Below are positions 24,118 to 26,413 of a stretch of DNA of 26,413 nt, piece by piece. A program made the position numbers and the translations under genes. Within the stretch, counting starts at the first letter, position 1. Each line of letters opens with the position of its first letter. This DNA is from a virus (lineage: Duplodnaviria > Caudoviricetes): the IMG/VR virus record IMGVR_UViG_3300025036_000012, positions 1-26,413 of that record; one strand, written 5' to 3'. Below the pieces are notes generated by a model. The model was not told the origin of the DNA and made no database searches. It was given only the letters and a program-made list of their open reading frames with translations.

Positions 24118-24678
24118 TTAATCACCTCCTTTGGCCTTGTAGCCTAGTTCCTCGACTAGTTCACGCGCCTTCTTCTTGGCATCCGCAAGCGATTTCTCGT
24201 CTGGCGCATGCGGTTGTCCGAGCACCCGCAGGTCAACCTTCGGAGCCGCTTCGCAGATGGCGAGGATTCCTTCTGCGACTGTAGTCTCCTTGGGAGACCC
24301 CTTTGCATCCGAGAGTTGGATTCTCTCCCTGGGCGCATCCAGCGCCGCCAGAAGCCGTTCGGCTGCATTTAGGATCGCCGGGAATCTCCCCTCTTCGCGG
24401 AGCCGCGATACTTTATCGCGGACTTCCGACAGAAAGAGTCGCTTCTCTAGCACCTGCTGCTGCTGCCGCGCTTCGGAGAGCCGCTTCTCGATATCTTCCT
24501 TGACGGCCACCAGCTTGGCGTCCGCGAGCTCCGGGGGCTCGTTGGCGGGCTTGCCAGTAAGCTTCGCAAACGCAGCCTGCACGATGTCGCCAAGCTTCTT
24601 AAGGACACCGCCCTGCGTCTCGATAGCAGTCTTCTGCTCTTTCAACTGCTCCATCACATCGGTCTGAAATTCGTCCAT
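24118..24678 (-). CDS. Nested in-frame scaffold protein (Mu gpZ analogue, 186 aa)
   Basis: AAGGAGGTG-CCT-ATG inside the protease gene, in frame, at the domain boundary. Confidence 0.7.
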   Translation of the reverse strand: MDEFQTDVMEQLKEQKTAIETQGGVLKKLGDIVQAAFAKLTGKPANEPPELADAKLVAVKEDIEKRLSEARQQQQVLEKRLFLSEVRDKVSRLREEGRFPAILNAAERLLAALDAPRERIQLSDAKGSPKETTVAEGILAICEAAPKVDLRVLGQPHAPDEKSLADAKKKARELVEELGYKAKGGD

Positions 24679-25395
24679 AGGCACCTCCTTCGGTAATGAT
24701 AGTATATCAGCCCGCAACGATGGGTCTGCAAGATGAAGGATATACCCATCATCGCTTAAGACTGCAACATCGGGCAAACCGGGCAGAAACGGCTGGTTCG
24801 TTAACGCGATTGCTTTCACCGCCGCCCCGTATGTTTTCCCGGTTGCTTTATCCATATACGGGTCTTCGTATTCAAGGCTTGCATACCGATACTTCTTCTC
24901 TTTCACAAGTTTCTCGGTTCCTGCGTCGGTGGGATCTGCTGCCGCGTAAAGGACATCTCCCTTCTGCATGAAGGCGGTCACCCACGCTAGTGCCGGCTCG
25001 CCCGCAAAGACATCGGCATCCTTGCGGGTGTGCCCGATGCGCACGAAGGGGGTATAGCCGACCCTATCTGCCTCAAAGTTAGCGATGATTTGGTCGAAAT
25101 CCTTCTGGGTGAACGTGACTTCCCCATAGGTTGGATGCAGCCACTTGCCCAGACGCGCAACGGGAATCTGCAACTCGCCAAGCATAAAGACCCCGCCGGG
25201 CAGCGCGGCTGCTTTCGGAGCAGGTGTTATGATATAGCCTTTCCCCCGCGCGTGCCCCATATTCAGGGCAATAGCGTAAGCCGCTGCCTGCTGTTCGGGG
25301 GTTTTGCCGTCCTTCTCCTTGGTATAGGTCTTGATGACGACCCATAAGCCGCCTTTCTTCTCGTAAACCTTGTCTCCTTTTGCTCGATACGGCAT
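24118..25395 (-). CDS. Prohead protease/scaffold, Mu gpI-like
   Basis: IPVARLGKW, IGHT, ALAWV, YRYASLEY, AIALTNQPFL; helical C-terminal scaffold. Confidence 0.85.
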   Translation of the reverse strand: MPYRAKGDKVYEKKGGLWVVIKTYTKEKDGKTPEQQAAAYAIALNMGHARGKGYIITPAPKAAALPGGVFMLGELQIPVARLGKWLHPTYGEVTFTQKDFDQIIANFEADRVGYTPFVRIGHTRKDADVFAGEPALAWVTAFMQKGDVLYAAADPTDAGTEKLVKEKKYRYASLEYEDPYMDKATGKTYGAAVKAIALTNQPFLPGLPDVAVLSDDGYILHLADPSLRADILSLPKEVPMDEFQTDVMEQLKEQKTAIETQGGVLKKLGDIVQAAFAKLTGKPANEPPELADAKLVAVKEDIEKRLSEARQQQQVLEKRLFLSEVRDKVSRLREEGRFPAILNAAERLLAALDAPRERIQLSDAKGSPKETTVAEGILAICEAAPKVDLRVLGQPHAPDEKSLADAKKKARELVEELGYKAKGGD

Positions 25396-25415
25396 AAGAA
25401 TTGGCTCCCTATGTA

Positions 25416-25444
25416 ATGTTAACGCCCCCGCGACCCTAAATCAA
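25416..25444 (-). promoter_or_regulatory. Possible weak promoter upstream of the protease gene
   Basis: TTGATT, 17-nt spacer, TAACAT in a short intergenic gap. Confidence 0.3.
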
Positions 25445-25774
25445 GCCCTCATAGGGGGATGGGGGCAACTTTAAGCCTCGTTTCTGCCAGAATTCTTCCG
25501 CTATACGGAAGAAATCGGCGTTTGTGGCGGCTGCTTTTATCGCGGCGCTAAAAGCGTAGGCGTCTTCAAAGTCTTTGCCAACGAACACTGGCATTGGCTG
25601 TTTAGCAAGCTGCTCCAGTGCTTTCTTGGCATCCTCTAGGCTCTGGGCGTCAAGAACAGGTGAAAAGAAGCGCATGAGGCGGTCTTGTGGTAGACCCTTT
25701 GGCGGTCGCTTCTTTTGATTAAGAAAGCGATAGAGCTCGGTGTCGTCTATGATTATGAACGGTTCCTCTTTCAT
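25436..25774 (-). CDS. Hypothetical protein coupled to the JAB-like gene (candidate immunity/partner)
   Basis: AAGGAGGT SD; ATGA overlap with the upstream stop. Confidence 0.65.
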   Translation of the reverse strand: MKEEPFIIIDDTELYRFLNQKKRPPKGLPQDRLMRFFSPVLDAQSLEDAKKALEQLAKQPMPVFVGKDFEDAYAFSAAIKAAATNADFFRIAEEFWQKRGLKLPPSPYEGLI

Positions 25775-26413
25775 AGTCCAAATACCTCCTTCGGTATTCT
25801 GTGGTATTCATATCCATATCTGTCGCAAAGGCGAGCCGTGGCTTGGAAACAAGCTTCGCTGAATGGTCTCCCTGCTGCCATATACCCGTCTATCAGTTCG
25901 TTCCATTGGGCATACAGGAATCCCGACGACCTCACTCTTATAGCGTTCTTGCCCGGTATTATAATGTTAACATAGTCCCGGTTCAGCATAATACTTTGCT
26001 TGTAGCGGGGATCAGACATCACGCTCCACAGGTCGCCGGGCCCGAAGAAGTGGTTCTGGCCGCTCCTATGCACTGGGTGGGTATGCACGGTGTAATAGCT
26101 TTCCCCGTGTTCCGGGTTCGGTATCTGAACCCTGGTCTTGGTTCCTATCTTGTAGGGCTCAAAGGGACGCGCCGTCTTTCCGGAAGGGTCAATCACGAAC
26201 GAGACACCGGTCTCCTTACCCGTTTTCACGGTTGTCTCCCACATCTCGGCGAACTGGTTTCTCGTAGCTTCGTTGAACCCCGGCACCAGCTTCGTTGGGT
26301 CTTTGGGAAGTGGTTTCACGGGGGGCGGTTTCACAATAGGTGGGGGCACGGGCTTCATGGGACGCGGTTTCACAATAGGGGGCAGTGGACGCGGGGCTGG
26401 TGTTGGAAAGACC
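25771..26413 (-). CDS. C-terminal part of a larger protein (probably MuF/minor head) with a Pro-rich linker and JAB/MPN-like domain; 5'-truncated
   Basis: Frame is open to the window edge; Pro/Lys-rich linker; KETG...YTVHTHP...FGPGDL; lies just before the protease, where MuF normally sits. Confidence 0.6.
   Translation of the reverse strand, partial: VFPTPAPRPLPPIVKPRPMKPVPPPIVKPPPVKPLPKDPTKLVPGFNEATRNQFAEMWETTVKTGKETGVSFVIDPSGKTARPFEPYKIGTKTRVQIPNPEHGESYYTVHTHPVHRSGQNHFFGPGDLWSVMSDPRYKQSIMLNRDYVNIIIPGKNAIRVRSSGFLYAQWNELIDGYMAAGRPFSEACFQATARLCDRYGYEYHRIPKEVFGL

Larger units (their letters stand above)
1..26413 (-). mobile_element. Tailed phage/prophage segment (siphovirus-like tail, Mu-like head-assembly genes); ends not in window
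   Basis: Continuous co-oriented head, tail, lysis and replication genes with tight stop/start overlaps and strong Shine-Dalgarno (SD) sites. No host housekeeping genes and no tail sheath gene seen. Confidence 0.95.

Noticed and set aside
228-25975. Numerous plus-strand ORFs in the track (for example 13748-14581, 17500-18339, 21938-22687)
   Set aside because: They are antisense shadows of well-supported minus-strand genes in GC-rich DNA, with no motifs or SD support.
26325-26379. 16-nt direct repeat GCGGTTTCACAATAGG (26325-26340, 26364-26379)
   Set aside because: Explained by the repeated PIVKP peptide in the Pro-rich linker; only two copies.

Overview
This window is about 26 kb of a tailed (siphovirus-like) phage or prophage, and every credible gene is on the minus strand. 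In transcription order, from high to low coordinates, the late region carries: the 3' part of a probable MuF/minor head protein ending in a JAB-like domain plus a small partner gene; a Mu gpI-like protease with a nested scaffold; a head decoration protein; a lambda gpE-type major capsid protein; head-tail joining genes; a tail tube; a tail chaperone pair joined by a predicted -1 frameshift; tape measure; distal tail; tail tip; tail fibre; and a holin plus M15-peptidase endolysin cassette. A control region follows (about 7.7-9.25 kb) with two homologous near-consensus sigma70-type promoters and a third inverted, degenerate copy. The early/replication module encodes small acidic proteins, a PLP-dependent fold-II enzyme, a putative single-strand annealing protein, a Cas4-like nuclease, an SLT transglycosylase, an ASCH-like protein, a RuvC-like resolvase, a DnaB-like helicase and a wHTH protein. 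The most notable element is a complete type I hammerhead ribozyme fold (8952-9006, minus strand, variant core CCGAUGA). It lies between the strongest early promoter and the first early gene, and is overlapped by a 5-codon minigene whose stop codon is in the catalytic core. No integrase, repressor, tRNA, CRISPR array or reverse transcriptase is visible. All product calls come from motif recognition and gene order by eye; no database searches were run.
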